Shown here in pieces: positions 43,787 through 53,750 of a stretch of DNA of 64,000 nucleotides. Every line of letters begins with the position of its first letter. Within the stretch, counting starts at the first letter, position 1. Source of the stretch: Alphaproteobacteria bacterium (GTDB lineage: Bacteria > Pseudomonadota > Alphaproteobacteria > MPNO01 > UBA830); the NCBI GenBank assembly GCA_964291215.2, contig OZ219790.1, positions 1,888,001-1,952,000 on the forward strand, given 5' to 3'. The notes under the pieces were generated by a model. It did no database searches. It was not told the DNA's origin and worked only from the letters and a program-made list of their open reading frames with translations. The position numbers were made by a program, and so were the translations under genes.

Positions 43787-44376
43787 GACGCGAGTTCCCG
43801 CAGCGCGTGGCGGACCAGGCCCTCGACGCTGGCGTCCGCGCCAAGAGTGCGCGCCGCAGCGGCCACCGCACCGTGGGCGTCGGCGCGGCTGTAGCCGAGA
43901 TTGACCAGCGCCGCGACGGCATCGCCGGCAGCCTCGCGCCCTCCGGTGTCGGCCGCCGGCGTGGACACGCCCATGTCGTCCACCTTGTCGCGCAGTTCAC
44001 CTGCGATGCGCCCGGCCAGCCGCGGGCCGACGCCGGGTGCTCTGGCGATTGTCCTTGTGTCGCCGGCGACGATGGCGTTCAACAGGTCGGACGGGCCCAG
44101 CACCGACAGGATGGCGAGTGCCGCCCGGACGCCGACCCCCTGTACCGTGGTCAACCTGCGAAACCAGTTGCGCTCGGTCGCGTCGGGAAAACCGTAGAGA
44201 TGGATGTGCTGTTCGCGGACATGGGTCTCGATGACCAGCGAGACAGGCTCTCCGGGCGCCTGAAACCGCGACAGCGTCCGCGTCGAACAGTAGACGAGAT
44301 AGCCTACCCCGCCGACATCCACGACGATGCTGTCATCATCGATTCCGTCCAGGAGGCCGGTGAGCTTGGCAATCAT
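43783..44376 (-). CDS. ruvA: Holliday junction branch-migration protein RuvA
   Basis: DVGGVGY, VQGVG, PGVG, ALVNLGY. Confidence 0.96.
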   Translation of the reverse strand: MIAKLTGLLDGIDDDSIVVDVGGVGYLVYCSTRTLSRFQAPGEPVSLVIETHVREQHIHLYGFPDATERNWFRRLTTVQGVGVRAALAILSVLGPSDLLNAIVAGDTRTIARAPGVGPRLAGRIAGELRDKVDDMGVSTPAADTGGREAAGDAVAALVNLGYSRADAHGAVAAAARTLGADASVEGLVRHALRELAS

Positions 44377-44897
44377 GGCCCGGCACCCGCGGCTTCGCGG
44401 ACCACCTTCCGGGTGCTGCGGTTGTGCGCATGACAGATCGCCACCGCCAGGGCGTCGGCGGCGTCAGCCTGTTGGGATCCCGCAGTTGGCAGCAGCACCC
44501 GCACCATCGCCTGCACCTGGCGTTTCGCGGCGTGCCCGTTGCCGACGAGCGTCTTCTTGACGTGGTTGGCGGAATATTCCGCTACATCCAGCCCCGACTG
44601 CGCCGGCGCCAGCATCACCGCCGCACGCGCATGGCCGAGCTTGAGCGTCGAGGCCGGATTGCGGTTGACGAAGGTCTCCTCGATCGCGGCCTCGTCGGGG
44701 CGGTAGGTGACCACGATATCGACAATGCCGTCGAAGAGCTCAAGCAGACGGTGCGCCAGCGGCGCGGCGCGACTGGAGGCGACGACACCGCTGGCAACGT
44801 GGCGCAGGACATTGCCGTCGACATCGATCACGCCCCACCCGGTGCGCTGGAGCCCGGGGTCGAGTCCGATCAGCCTGATTGCTCCGGCCCACGCCAT
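44373..44897 (-). CDS. ruvC: Crossover junction endodeoxyribonuclease
   Basis: IGLDPG..TGWG, IEETF, DAADALA.AICH. Confidence 0.96.
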   Translation of the reverse strand: MAWAGAIRLIGLDPGLQRTGWGVIDVDGNVLRHVASGVVASSRAAPLAHRLLELFDGIVDIVVTYRPDEAAIEETFVNRNPASTLKLGHARAAVMLAPAQSGLDVAEYSANHVKKTLVGNGHAAKRQVQAMVRVLLPTAGSQQADAADALAVAICHAHNRSTRKVVREAAGAGP

Positions 44898-44907
44898 TAC
44901 CACGTCT

Positions 44908-45654
44908 TCAGCCCGCCAGACCCTCGAGCACGTCATCGTCGACCTCGAAGTTCGCGGAGATCGACTGCACGTCGTCGCTGTCCTCGAGGGTCTCGAGAAG
45001 CCTGAACAGCGGCGCCGCGCTGTCGGCGTCCACGGCCACCGTGCTCAGGGGACGCCAGGAAAGCCCGGCGCGACCGGCGGCGCCGAACCGCTCCTCGAGC
45101 GCCTGGCGGATGTCGTTGAAATCGTCGGGCCCGCATACCACCTCGTGACCACCGCCGCCGGATTCGACGTCCTGCGCGCCGGCCTCAAGGGCAGCCTCGA
45201 ACATCTCGTCGACCGTCGCGGCACCCCCAGAATAGGCAATCTGCCCGACGCGCTCGAACATGAAGCTGACGCTGTTGGTTTCTCCGAGATTGCCGCCGAA
45301 CTTCGAAAAGGCGGCGCGGACCTCGCTCGCGGTGCGGTTGCGGTTGTCGGTGAGCGCCTCGACGATGATGGCGACGCCGCTGGGCCCGTAGCCTTCGTAA
45401 CGGATTTCCTCGAACTGTTCGCCGTCGTCGCCGCCCGAACCGCGGGCGATCGCGCGCTCCATGGTGTCCTTGCCCATATTGGCGCTCTTGGCCGAGGCGA
45501 TCGCCGCGCGGAGACGCGGGTTTCCGTCGGGATCGCTGCCTGCGCGCGCCGCAGTGGTCAGTTCGCGAATGATCTTCGTGAACACGCGGGCGCGCTTCTG
45601 GTCCTGTGCGCCCTTGCGATACATGATGTTCTTGAACTTGGAATGACCCGCCAT
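44908..45654 (-). CDS. yebC: YebC/PmpR family protein
   Basis: MAGHSKF, YEGYGP, TDNRNRT. Confidence 0.96.
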   Translation of the reverse strand: MAGHSKFKNIMYRKGAQDQKRARVFTKIIRELTTAARAGSDPDGNPRLRAAIASAKSANMGKDTMERAIARGSGGDDGEQFEEIRYEGYGPSGVAIIVEALTDNRNRTASEVRAAFSKFGGNLGETNSVSFMFERVGQIAYSGGAATVDEMFEAALEAGAQDVESGGGGHEVVCGPDDFNDIRQALEERFGAAGRAGLSWRPLSTVAVDADSAAPLFRLLETLEDSDDVQSISANFEVDDDVLEGLAG

Positions 45655-45848
45655 ATCCGCTCCGCCATGAATTCCACCACCCGTCCGCCAAGCGCTAGAC
45701 GCCCGTGTGGCATAATGCTGCACCAATATGGCAAGAATAGGGCCGCCGTCCGAGTCTTATCAGTCTAACGCACTTAACCCAAGTTGGCATTTTTTGCGTC
45801 AGTTGAAGGGGAAATTTATGCGGCAGCCTCACTCGATATACTATATGT

Positions 45849-46369
45849 CCCCACTTCCAGTCTGAAGTGCAACACCCGGCCCTCATCGCAGTGAGGGCGT
45901 AGCCCGAACGGAGATGAGGGCCGGGTGTTGCACAAGTTTTCCTCCTCTGCCCCTCTCGATTCCGCCTGGAAACAGCTTCAGTTCCTTCAACATCGAGCTT
46001 ATGCAACGCCTTTGTCGGCTTCAAGCCACTATCTAAGGCGTCAACCGCCAGGAAACAGACGAGGCTGCCCTGCGTTTCTGCCATCCTTTGCGCCTGCTTG
46101 TGACGGTAACCCCGTCCCCCGGTGTTGCGCTTGATCTCCCGGTAAATTGTTGATCGGCCCAGCTGCCGAGCAATCGCACCTTGTGAAAGACCGCTTTTCT
46201 GCCTCAATCTGGCATCGCTCTTCGTAGGTGACGGTAGCCTTTGGACATGAACAAGCTCCCTCCATCTTGTACAGGAACTTTCGCCGCTGCTGGACAGCTC
46301 CGCAACATCATGCGTCTAAAAACACATGGTCACAGCCCATCATGTGTTGCACTTCACTATGGAACGGGG
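45849..46369 (-). mobile_element. Internally deleted IS30-family element
   Basis: TIRs CCCCACTTCCAGTCTGAAGTGCAACAC / GTGTTGCACTTCACTATGGAACGGGG; fragmented HTH N-terminus TYEERCQIE..SQGAIARQLGRSTIYREIKRN. Confidence 0.82.
45867..45933. repeat. Perfect 21-bp inverted repeat (hairpin) overlapping the IS30 end
   Basis: GTGCAACACCCGGCCCTCATC, a 25-nt loop, then GATGAGGGCCGGGTGTTGCAC. Confidence 0.9.
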
Positions 46370-46411
46370 GTACCCACCAAAAACCATCAATACAATGTAG
46401 TAGGACTGCTA

Positions 46412-47428
46412 GACCAATTCTGGAAATTGCAGAACGAGGCCGTTGCCGCCAAGCGGTACGCGCTTCTCTCCAAGGGCTGGACCGAGGTTGTCGTGCTCGA
46501 CATGGGCGAGCGATTCCACAAATGGGACCATGTGACAACGCCCAAGGACGAAGGCGGACGGGTCTATATCGAGGTGCGAGAGAACGGCGAAGTCACCGTT
46601 CACGAGGGCTTTGTCACCTCGAAAGAGCATCAGCGCCGACTGCGGAAAGCGGGAAACGAAGACGAGAAGAACGTCGCCACTGCCGACCGACCCGAACTCA
46701 CCAATCCGGCGCAGAATGATCTTGAGCTCCACCGCCACGCCGCCGTGCGCCACGCCTTGTTGAGCCATCCGGGCATCGCCCTCCGGCTCATGGTCGCTTA
46801 CGCCATCGGCGGCTCAGCGCTGTGGCAAACCCAGCCCGACCCGCAGACGACGCGCAAGGAGGAAATCGCCAGGAGCATCGCGAAATCGAAGGCCGAGACC
46901 GCATTGACCGAAGAACGCAAGGCCGTTTTGAAGTGTCTCGGATTGCCCGCGCACGGTCATTCCGTCGTCCGCTCGAACGGCGACGACTATCGCGTGGCCG
47001 AGCTTTTCGCCGCGCTCTTGAAACTTGGCGACGACGAGGTGATGCGGGTGCTCGCCCTCGTCATGGCCGAGACCTTGGAAGTCGGAACCGCCGTCGTCGA
47101 AGCGCTCGGCAGCCACATCAAGGTGGACATGCGAGACTATTGGCAGGCGGACGACGCCTTCTTCGACCTTCTCCGCAACAAGGCGGCGGTCAACGCCATG
47201 CTCCGTCATATCGGCGGCAAGGCCGTGGCCGACGCCAACGTGACGGCTACGACCAAGGTGCAGAAGAAGATCATCCGGGATTTCATCACCGGCGATGGTC
47301 GGAGACAAGCCGAAGGCTGGCTGCCGCGCTATATGGAGTTCCCTTTCAAGGCCTTCAAGGCCTACACGAAAGCAGGTGGCGGGCGGCTCACAGAGAACAC
47401 GGCACGCATCAAATCGTTCGTTTCCTGA
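46412..47428 (+). pseudogene. 5'-truncated plasmid/ICE-type ParB-family protein (C-terminal part)
   Basis: FWKLQNEA..GEVTVHEG..RPELT..LHRHAAVR.AL..HP.IALRL resembles alphaproteobacterial mobile-element ParB; the ORF's N-terminus is IS-derived. Confidence 0.65.
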
Positions 47429-47656
47429 AACCGGCGGCAGGCGGGAGCGGCCCTCTCACCCGAACGGGAGGGCCGCGAGCGCCGGTCGCAGTCCGAGACG
47501 CGTCTCTCGCCTACGACCGCTTCAAGCCCAATCTACGGGATGCTGGGCATTGAACGAACAACCGAAAAGCGTGCATGGCCGATCTTCGGGCGTTCTGGCG
47601 TGACAAATACAGAAACCGCTGCGATGCTTCGTCAAACTCCGAATGGAAAGCCGATC

Positions 47657-48250
47657 ATGAGCGACGAAGAGCCAGTAAACAGAACGATTATTGACCGGGC
47701 AAATTTGCCGCAGATGTTTCCTACGCATCGGCATGAACCCGAATTTTGGGAACACCTTGGGCGGACAATCGCATCGTTCGGATTCCTAGAGGAAGTTCTA
47801 GGGAAAGCGATCTTCGCGTTCACCGCTACCCGGCGCTACAGCGAAGACGAGATTGACAAAGCGTACCAGGCTTGGCTTCCAAAACTTGAACGGGCTTTGA
47901 CCGACCAGCTTGTTAATCTTGCAGAGGCGTACGGCAAGGCGACCCGGGACAATCCCGACACGACAACCGAAAATGTCTCTGATCTTGTCAAGGATATCAA
48001 GTGTGCTGCGGCTATCCGCAATGTGCTTTGCCACGGAAGCTGGCGCGCGCCCGACGCCAACGGCGCGTCTATTCCATTGTTCGTGAATCGACAGAAAGAG
48101 ATATTTGAGACGCCAATCGACGTGTCTTTTCTGCGAAAAGTCCAAGCTCACGTAGCCGACCTATCGTGCAGCGTCATGGACACGGTTACGCACATGAGAT
48201 GGCAATTCCCTAGCCCGAAGTTCCAGCACCGATCAGACGTATCATTATGA
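47657..48250 (+). CDS. Hypothetical helical protein with a HEPN-like RxxxxH motif; 3' end replaced by an IS
   Basis: LGR.IA.FGFLE..L and IRNVLCHGSW; lower GC; IS1634 end begins at 48214. Confidence 0.6.
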   Translation: MSDEEPVNRTIIDRANLPQMFPTHRHEPEFWEHLGRTIASFGFLEEVLGKAIFAFTATRRYSEDEIDKAYQAWLPKLERALTDQLVNLAEAYGKATRDNPDTTTENVSDLVKDIKCAAAIRNVLCHGSWRAPDANGASIPLFVNRQKEIFETPIDVSFLRKVQAHVADLSCSVMDTVTHMRWQFPSPKFQHRSDVSL

Positions 48251-49170
48251 ATGTATTGACGTTTGAAAAAATCGGGTGTGTCGCTACTGGGAACGCTACA
48301 AGCGTACGCCGAGGTAGTCCAGGGCCTTTTTCTGGAGCGGCGTGGGCCGCGTGGTGACCTGGAAGGGTTGGGGCGCCCGCAAGGCGGGGCGCCACGGTGT
48401 TGCGGGTGGCGAGATCGTCGATGAGGGTGGAGAAGCTGTGCCACCCCCGGGTGTCCTCTTAGTTGCCGCCTTGGCCCGGGCGCTCGCCGAGACCTCTGCC
48501 GGCGCCACGACGGAAGACCGCCTTCGGCATCCTCGTCGTCGAACAGCATGGGCTTCAGTTTCTGGCGCATGTGCCATTCAACGTAATAGGCGAGCATGCA
48601 CAGGAAGACGTGGGTCCGGGGCGGTGGTAGACGGGACGGACCTTCAGATCCACGGTCTTGAGGCTGCGGAAGGCCCGTTCCACCGAACTCAACCGCTTGT
48701 AGGCGCGCACCGTGCCGTCGAGCTCGCTCTGCGGCAGGCGGATCACGTAGAGGAGCCTGGCCTCGGCGGCAGCCTCATCGCGCCCATAGGTGAAGACACC
48801 GTCGTCGTCGATGGACCACGTGAAGTGCTTCGCCATCTTGTACTTGCCGATGACCTTGCCGACCCTCTCCCCGATCTTCCCGGCGCTTGTCGCGCCGTGT
48901 CGCTGCTGCGATCGGTTCAGGCAGGACCTCGGTGGCCTCGAGCAGTTCCTGGCGCTTGCGGGCCCGGTCCAGCAGGGGGTTGCGGCAGAGGCGTTCGCCG
49001 GGATACGCATCGCTGGTGATCTCCACCAGGTCCCTCTCGTCGAAGAGCGACATCTCGATGTCGCCGGCCTCCACAAGGGCGCGGATGCCCCTCAAGGCGC
49101 TGATCCAGTCCAGGCCTGCGGGCTTCACCTCCTCGCGTATCCGCGCCTCGGACAGACCCTTCCGGAGCTG
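48214..49170 (-). mobile_element. IS1634-family transposase remnant with many frameshifts
   Basis: LDWISALR, LFDERDL.EI, KYKMAKHF, YKRLSSVERAFRSLKTVDLKVRPVYH, MLAYYVEWHMR; terminus CCCGAAGTTCC. Confidence 0.85.
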
Positions 49171-49369
49171 CGACGTGTATCGGACAGGACGCAATGTGTT
49201 TGTGAACTGACATCCCCGCACCATGACAACTTCAGTACAGGAAAGCCAGCGAAAACTGCAAAAAAATCTCTCGCACCAACCCGCGCCCCCCGCAAAGCCC
49301 AGGTACTGCCTTGAAAAATCAAACAGAATTTAGCGTAGGATCACCCTGCCACCCTCCTGTCGCGGGCGG

Positions 49370-50182
49370 TCAGTCGGGCAACGCCTCCTGCAGCCGCCCG
49401 CCGACGCGCACCGGCTGTATCGCCACGGCGAGTCCGGTCGCATCGTCAGTGTCGACAAGGACACCGCAGAGCGTCGCTTCAGCCCCCGCCGCTTCCATGC
49501 GCACGGTCGGCATCTTGCGTACGAACCGCTCCATGCTGATCTCCTTGCGCACCCCGATGACCGAGTCGTAGTCGCCGCACATGCCGAGGTCGGAGATGTA
49601 ACCGGTTCCGCCTGGCAGGATCTGCGCATCGGCAGTCGGTACATGCGTGTGGGTGCCGACGACAGCGGAGACACGGCCGTCGACGAAATGGCCCATGGCC
49701 ATCTTCTCGCTGGTCGCCTCGCCATGGAAATCAAGGAGAATGGCGTCGCAGTTGCCGCCAAGCCGCCACGTGCCGAGCATCGCGGACACTGCAGCAAAGG
49801 GATCGTCGAGCGGATCCATGAACAGCCGCCCCATCAGGTGGAGGACGACAAGGTTGCGCCCGCGCCCGTCCGAGATCCTTGCCACGCCGCAGCCGGGCGT
49901 GCCCGCAGGATAGTTGTCGGGCCGCAGGAGCCGGACCTCCTTGTCGAAATGGGAGATGATCTCCCTGCGGTCCCAGACATGGTTGCCGGTAGTCAGAAGA
50001 TCCGCCCCCGCCGCGAACAGCTGTTCGCAGATCTTCGGCGTGATCCCGAAACCGCTGGCCGCGTTCTCGCCGTTGACCACCGCGAAATCCACGTCATACC
50101 GTTCCCGCAAGGCGGGAAGGTGGGTCTCGACTGCCTTGCGGCCAGCGCGCCCGAACACGTCGCCACACACAAGAATGCGCAT
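49370..50182 (-). CDS. ymdB: TIGR00282/YmdB-family metallophosphoesterase
   Basis: GDV.G, NGENA, TGNH, DFHGEATSEK, GTHTHVPT. Confidence 0.95.
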   Translation of the reverse strand: MRILVCGDVFGRAGRKAVETHLPALRERYDVDFAVVNGENAASGFGITPKICEQLFAAGADLLTTGNHVWDRREIISHFDKEVRLLRPDNYPAGTPGCGVARISDGRGRNLVVLHLMGRLFMDPLDDPFAAVSAMLGTWRLGGNCDAILLDFHGEATSEKMAMGHFVDGRVSAVVGTHTHVPTADAQILPGGTGYISDLGMCGDYDSVIGVRKEISMERFVRKMPTVRMEAAGAEATLCGVLVDTDDATGLAVAIQPVRVGGRLQEALPD

Positions 50183-50199
50183 TCGCCCGAACTCCCCGG

Positions 50200-50841
50200 T
50201 TATCGGCCGCCGGCGAGCGGTACCGGACCGCTTTCGGCAATCACGGCGTCAAGCGGCTCGTCGCCACGCGCGACCGGTACCCGCGCCGATTCCTGGGCCG
50301 CGTAGGCGGCGCCGACAGCAAAGACCGGTCCGGCGCCACGAAGCTCGCGCAGGGTGCGGTCATAGTAGCCCCCGCCATATCCGAGCCGGGTGCCCGTCCT
50401 GTCGAAGGCAAGGAGCGGGGCGACCACCACCTGCGGCGTCGCAGAACGCCCGTCCGCGGGTTCCGACAGGCCGAACGCCGCGGTCCGGAGACGCTCGCCC
50501 GGGCGCCAGGACACGAACCCGAGGGGCTTGCCGGGGCCGCGCAGTACCGGGAGGACGATCCGATGCCCGGCCACCGCAAGCCGATCGATGAGCGGCCGCA
50601 CATCGATTTCGGTACGGATCGGCCAGTACAGCGCCACCACCGCGTCCGCAGAGAGCCGATCGGCGAAACTTGCGAGGAAATGGCCGGCCAGCGCCCTGCC
50701 CACCGCCGGGTGCAGGCGCGCATGCGCCCGGGCGCGGCGGTCGGCCGCCTCTGCGCGGAGCGCCGCCTTCGCAGCCTCCGCGCCTGCAGCCCCGTTATCC
50801 GCCGCCTGGACGCCGACAGCAGTCACGCGGGCCGTCCGCAC
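50200..50841 (-). CDS. ygfA: 5-formyltetrahydrofolate cyclo-ligase
   Basis: K.ALR, YWPIRTEID, PLLAFD..RLGYGGGYYDR; start uncertain. Confidence 0.93.
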   Translation of the reverse strand: MRTARVTAVGVQAADNGAAGAEAAKAALRAEAADRRARAHARLHPAVGRALAGHFLASFADRLSADAVVALYWPIRTEIDVRPLIDRLAVAGHRIVLPVLRGPGKPLGFVSWRPGERLRTAAFGLSEPADGRSATPQVVVAPLLAFDRTGTRLGYGGGYYDRTLRELRGAGPVFAVGAAYAAQESARVPVARGDEPLDAVIAESGPVPLAGGR

Positions 50842-50902
50842 CGCCGGTCCCCGGCGCAGACATCAGCACGCCGCTGGCCCGGACCACTCCATCGTGTCAC
50901 CG

Positions 50903-51292
50903 TCATCCGGTCGCCGATCCGGCGTCGTCACGGGTGCGAAGGGCGGCGAGCGCAGCCGCGAGTCCCTCGATGCGGCCGGCGGCGTCGACCAGGCCATCCG
51001 CCAGTTCCGCGCGCTCCCTCTCGGCACTGTCCGCCGCCTGCCGCGCGGCAGCAGCCTCCGCGCCCTTTTCGGCAAGCGCGGCGCGGGCCTCCTCGAGGTC
51101 GGAGGCAATCATGAGCGCAGTCATGACGAGCAGCAGCGGCTGGCTGGCGGAGCTGACGCGCGTCGCCAGCTCGCCGACCTGTTTGTCGATACCTCCGGCG
51201 AGCGCGATCACCTGGTCTTCCGTGCCGTCTTCGCACGCGATCTGGTAGCTCCGCCCACCGACCGTTATCGCAATCGTCGCCATGTCATTCAC
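50903..51292 (-). CDS. zapA: Cell division protein ZapA
   Basis: ITVGGRSYQIACEDG.E, LLVMTALMIA and a coiled coil. Confidence 0.9.
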   Translation of the reverse strand: MNDMATIAITVGGRSYQIACEDGTEDQVIALAGGIDKQVGELATRVSSASQPLLLVMTALMIASDLEEARAALAEKGAEAAAARQAADSAERERAELADGLVDAAGRIEGLAAALAALRTRDDAGSATG

Positions 51293-51506
51293 CGAGCAAA
51301 GTCCGGATCTGTCCGATGACCGCGGTCAGCCGCCGGGACGCGGCAGCCAGCGTCCGTTCGAGTTCGTAGCAGCGCACGCGCATCTCGGCGCCGTCGGCCT
51401 CCAGCGCCGCCACTGTCCGCTGTTCGAGGGTCAGGTGCCGCACCGAACCCTCGAGGGACGCAATGGCCTGGTCAAGTCTCGCTCTCGCTTCGGGCAGTCC
51501 GGACAC
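51285..51506 (-). CDS. Small coiled-coil protein upstream of zapA (DUF4164-like)
   Basis: ARARLDQAIASLE..RRLTAVIGQIRTLLGE; overlaps the zapA start; typical alphaproteobacterial position. Confidence 0.65.
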   Translation of the reverse strand: MSGLPEARARLDQAIASLEGSVRHLTLEQRTVAALEADGAEMRVRCYELERTLAAASRRLTAVIGQIRTLLGE

Positions 51507-51634
51507 GAAAACCCCTAACGCATGGATTATCTTGTTATTTACACTATATCCTGTTCCCCTGGAAGATGTCAACGCCTATATAGACCTTGGCGGCAGGCTT
51601 CCGCCACGCGGCGCCGGCAGGACAGGAAGGACAA

Positions 51635-52081
51635 GTGGAGCAGCCGCAGGACATCCGCCCGGTCTTCATCATCCACTCGCTGGCCGATGCCGCGGCGGCG
51701 GCGCTGGCGGCCACGAAGGCGGGAAAGGCGGTTACGCTTTCGAGCGCGCCGGGGGCGACGGGCTATGCCGGCGCCGGATGGTTCCTGGCCGTCCTCGCCG
51801 CGCTGGCCGAAACGCAGCCGGCGGCGGACATCGACGGCCTTCTCGACTGCGGCGACGACGCTGCAGCAGCCATCGAGGCCCTGCATGCGGGTGCGCGGTG
51901 GATCCGCCTCGACGGCGCCGGGACGGTCCTGCGGGAAGTCGCCGAACTTGCCGAATCGGCAGGAGCCAGACTCAACGGCCCTGCCGGACCGGCGCTCGAT
52001 CTCGGGAAGATCCGCGACATCGACGAAGCGTGCCGCGACTTCCTCGCCCGAACGCCGTCCCGGGGCGGCGCCGCCGTTTGA
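51635..52081 (+). CDS. Hypothetical protein
   Basis: IIHSL..LSSAPGA.GYAG.GWF..LDCGD; RBS GGAAGG upstream of GTG. Confidence 0.65.
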   Translation: MEQPQDIRPVFIIHSLADAAAAALAATKAGKAVTLSSAPGATGYAGAGWFLAVLAALAETQPAADIDGLLDCGDDAAAAIEALHAGARWIRLDGAGTVLREVAELAESAGARLNGPAGPALDLGKIRDIDEACRDFLARTPSRGGAAV

Positions 52082-52153
52082 AAACGGCGCCCCGTTGCGC
52101 TATGCAGCGAATCTGCGAGGTGGAACGTCGACACGCCCTGGAGCAAATGAAGC

Positions 52154-53074
52154 ATGCGCATCAGCCGAAAAGTCAGGACAATCCTGGCGCAATACGAAAG
52201 TGACAATCCGGGAACCAAAGGCAATCTCGCCCGCATACTGATGAGCGGCCGTCTCGGCGGCACCGGGAAGCTGGTAATCCTGCCAGTTGACCAGGGTTTC
52301 GAGCACGGTCCGGCGCGGAGTTTCGCGGCCAATCCCGAAGCCTACGATCCGCACTACCATTTCCGGCTGGCCGTCGACGCCGGCCTGTCGGCCTATGCGG
52401 CGCCGCTCGGCATGCTCGAGGCCGGCGCAGACAGCTTCGTCGGCGCGGTGCCGACAATTCTCAAGTGCAATTCGGCAAACTCGCTGGCGTCCAATACCGA
52501 CCAGGCGGTCACCGCATCGGTCGGTGACGCGCTGCGCCTCGGCTGCGCCGCGATCGGCTTCACCGTATATCCCGGTTGCGAGGACCAGTACGAGATGATC
52601 GAGGAGATCCGCGAACTCGCAGAAGAAGCGAAGTCCGCAGGCCTCGCCGTGGTTATCTGGTCCTATCCGCGCGGACCGGCGCTGTCGAAGGAAGGCGAGA
52701 CCGCGGCCGATATCTGCGCCTACGCGGCGCACATGGCGGCGCTGATCGGCGCTCACATCATCAAGGTCAAGCCGCCGACAGACGCACTCTTTCTCGACGC
52801 GGCCGCGAAGGTCTACCAGGAATTGTCGATACCGGTCGGGACGCTGACCGAACGAATTGCGCATGTCGTGCAATCCTGCTTCAATGGGCGGCGGCTGGTG
52901 GTGTTCTCCGGCGGCGAGGCCAAGGATCTGGACGGCGTCTACGATGAGGTTCGCGCGATCCGCGACGGTGGTGGCAACGGATCGATCATCGGCCGCAACA
53001 CTTTCCAGCGCCCGCGGAACGACGCCCTGAAGATGCTCGATACGATCATCCGCATCTACCGGGGACAGGCCTGA
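52154..53074 (+). CDS. fbaB: Class I fructose-bisphosphate aldolase (DhnA type)
   Basis: [31 protein letters not shown]. Confidence 0.94.
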   Translation: MRISRKVRTILAQYESDNPGTKGNLARILMSGRLGGTGKLVILPVDQGFEHGPARSFAANPEAYDPHYHFRLAVDAGLSAYAAPLGMLEAGADSFVGAVPTILKCNSANSLASNTDQAVTASVGDALRLGCAAIGFTVYPGCEDQYEMIEEIRELAEEAKSAGLAVVIWSYPRGPALSKEGETAADICAYAAHMAALIGAHIIKVKPPTDALFLDAAAKVYQELSIPVGTLTERIAHVVQSCFNGRRLVVFSGGEAKDLDGVYDEVRAIRDGGGNGSIIGRNTFQRPRNDALKMLDTIIRIYRGQA

Positions 53075-53078
53075 TCAC

Positions 53079-53711
53079 ATTCGCGCCGCGCGCTGCCAGC
53101 TCTATCTCGTCACCCCGCCCCGCCTCGAAGGCGGCGCCGGAGAATTCGCCGACATTGCGGCCGCGGCCCTCGATGCGGGGCCGGTCGCCTGTCTCCAGCT
53201 TCGTCTGAAGAACGCCTCCGATGACGAAATCCGCGCCACCTGCGACATCCTTCGCCCCGTGGCCCAGGAGCGCGGCGTCGCCTTCGTCCTGAACGACCGC
53301 GCCGACCTGGCGGCGGAGCTCGGCTGCGACGGCGTCCATGTCGGCCAGGAGGATGTTGCCTGCGCCGAGGCCCGCACGCTGGTCGGTCCCGACGCAATCG
53401 TCGGCGTCACCTGCAAGACATCCCGGCATCTCGCCCTCGAGGCCTGCGAAGCCGGCGCCGACTATGTCGCGTTCGGCGCGTTCTTCGCCTCGCCCACCAA
53501 GGAGGCGACGACCCCCGCGGACCCGGACATCCTGTCGTGGTGGCAGGAGACGGTCACGGTCCCGTGCGTAGCCATCGGCGGCATCACCGTGGAGAACTGC
53601 GCCCCGCTGGTCGCGGCCGGCGCCGACTTGCTCGCCGTGGCGTCGGGCGTTTGGGACCATCCCGGCGGACCGGCCGTCGCGGTGCGGGACTTCGGCAGCC
53701 GGCTCACCTGA
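53079..53711 (+). CDS. thiE: Thiamine-phosphate synthase
   Basis: QLYLVTP..LQLRLK upstream of the annotated [22 protein letters not shown]; apparent ATT start. Confidence 0.9.
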   Translation: MRAARCQLYLVTPPRLEGGAGEFADIAAAALDAGPVACLQLRLKNASDDEIRATCDILRPVAQERGVAFVLNDRADLAAELGCDGVHVGQEDVACAEARTLVGPDAIVGVTCKTSRHLALEACEAGADYVAFGAFFASPTKEATTPADPDILSWWQETVTVPCVAIGGITVENCAPLVAAGADLLAVASGVWDHPGGPAVAVRDFGSRLT

Positions 53712-53750
53712 CGTCGGACGGCCGGCAGAGGGACCAGCCCTGTCCCGGCA

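Noticed and set aside
45867-45933. CRISPR repeat or tRNA
   Set aside because: A single hairpin inside an IS30 end, with no spacer array or cloverleaf. No CRISPR array or tRNA was seen anywhere in the window.
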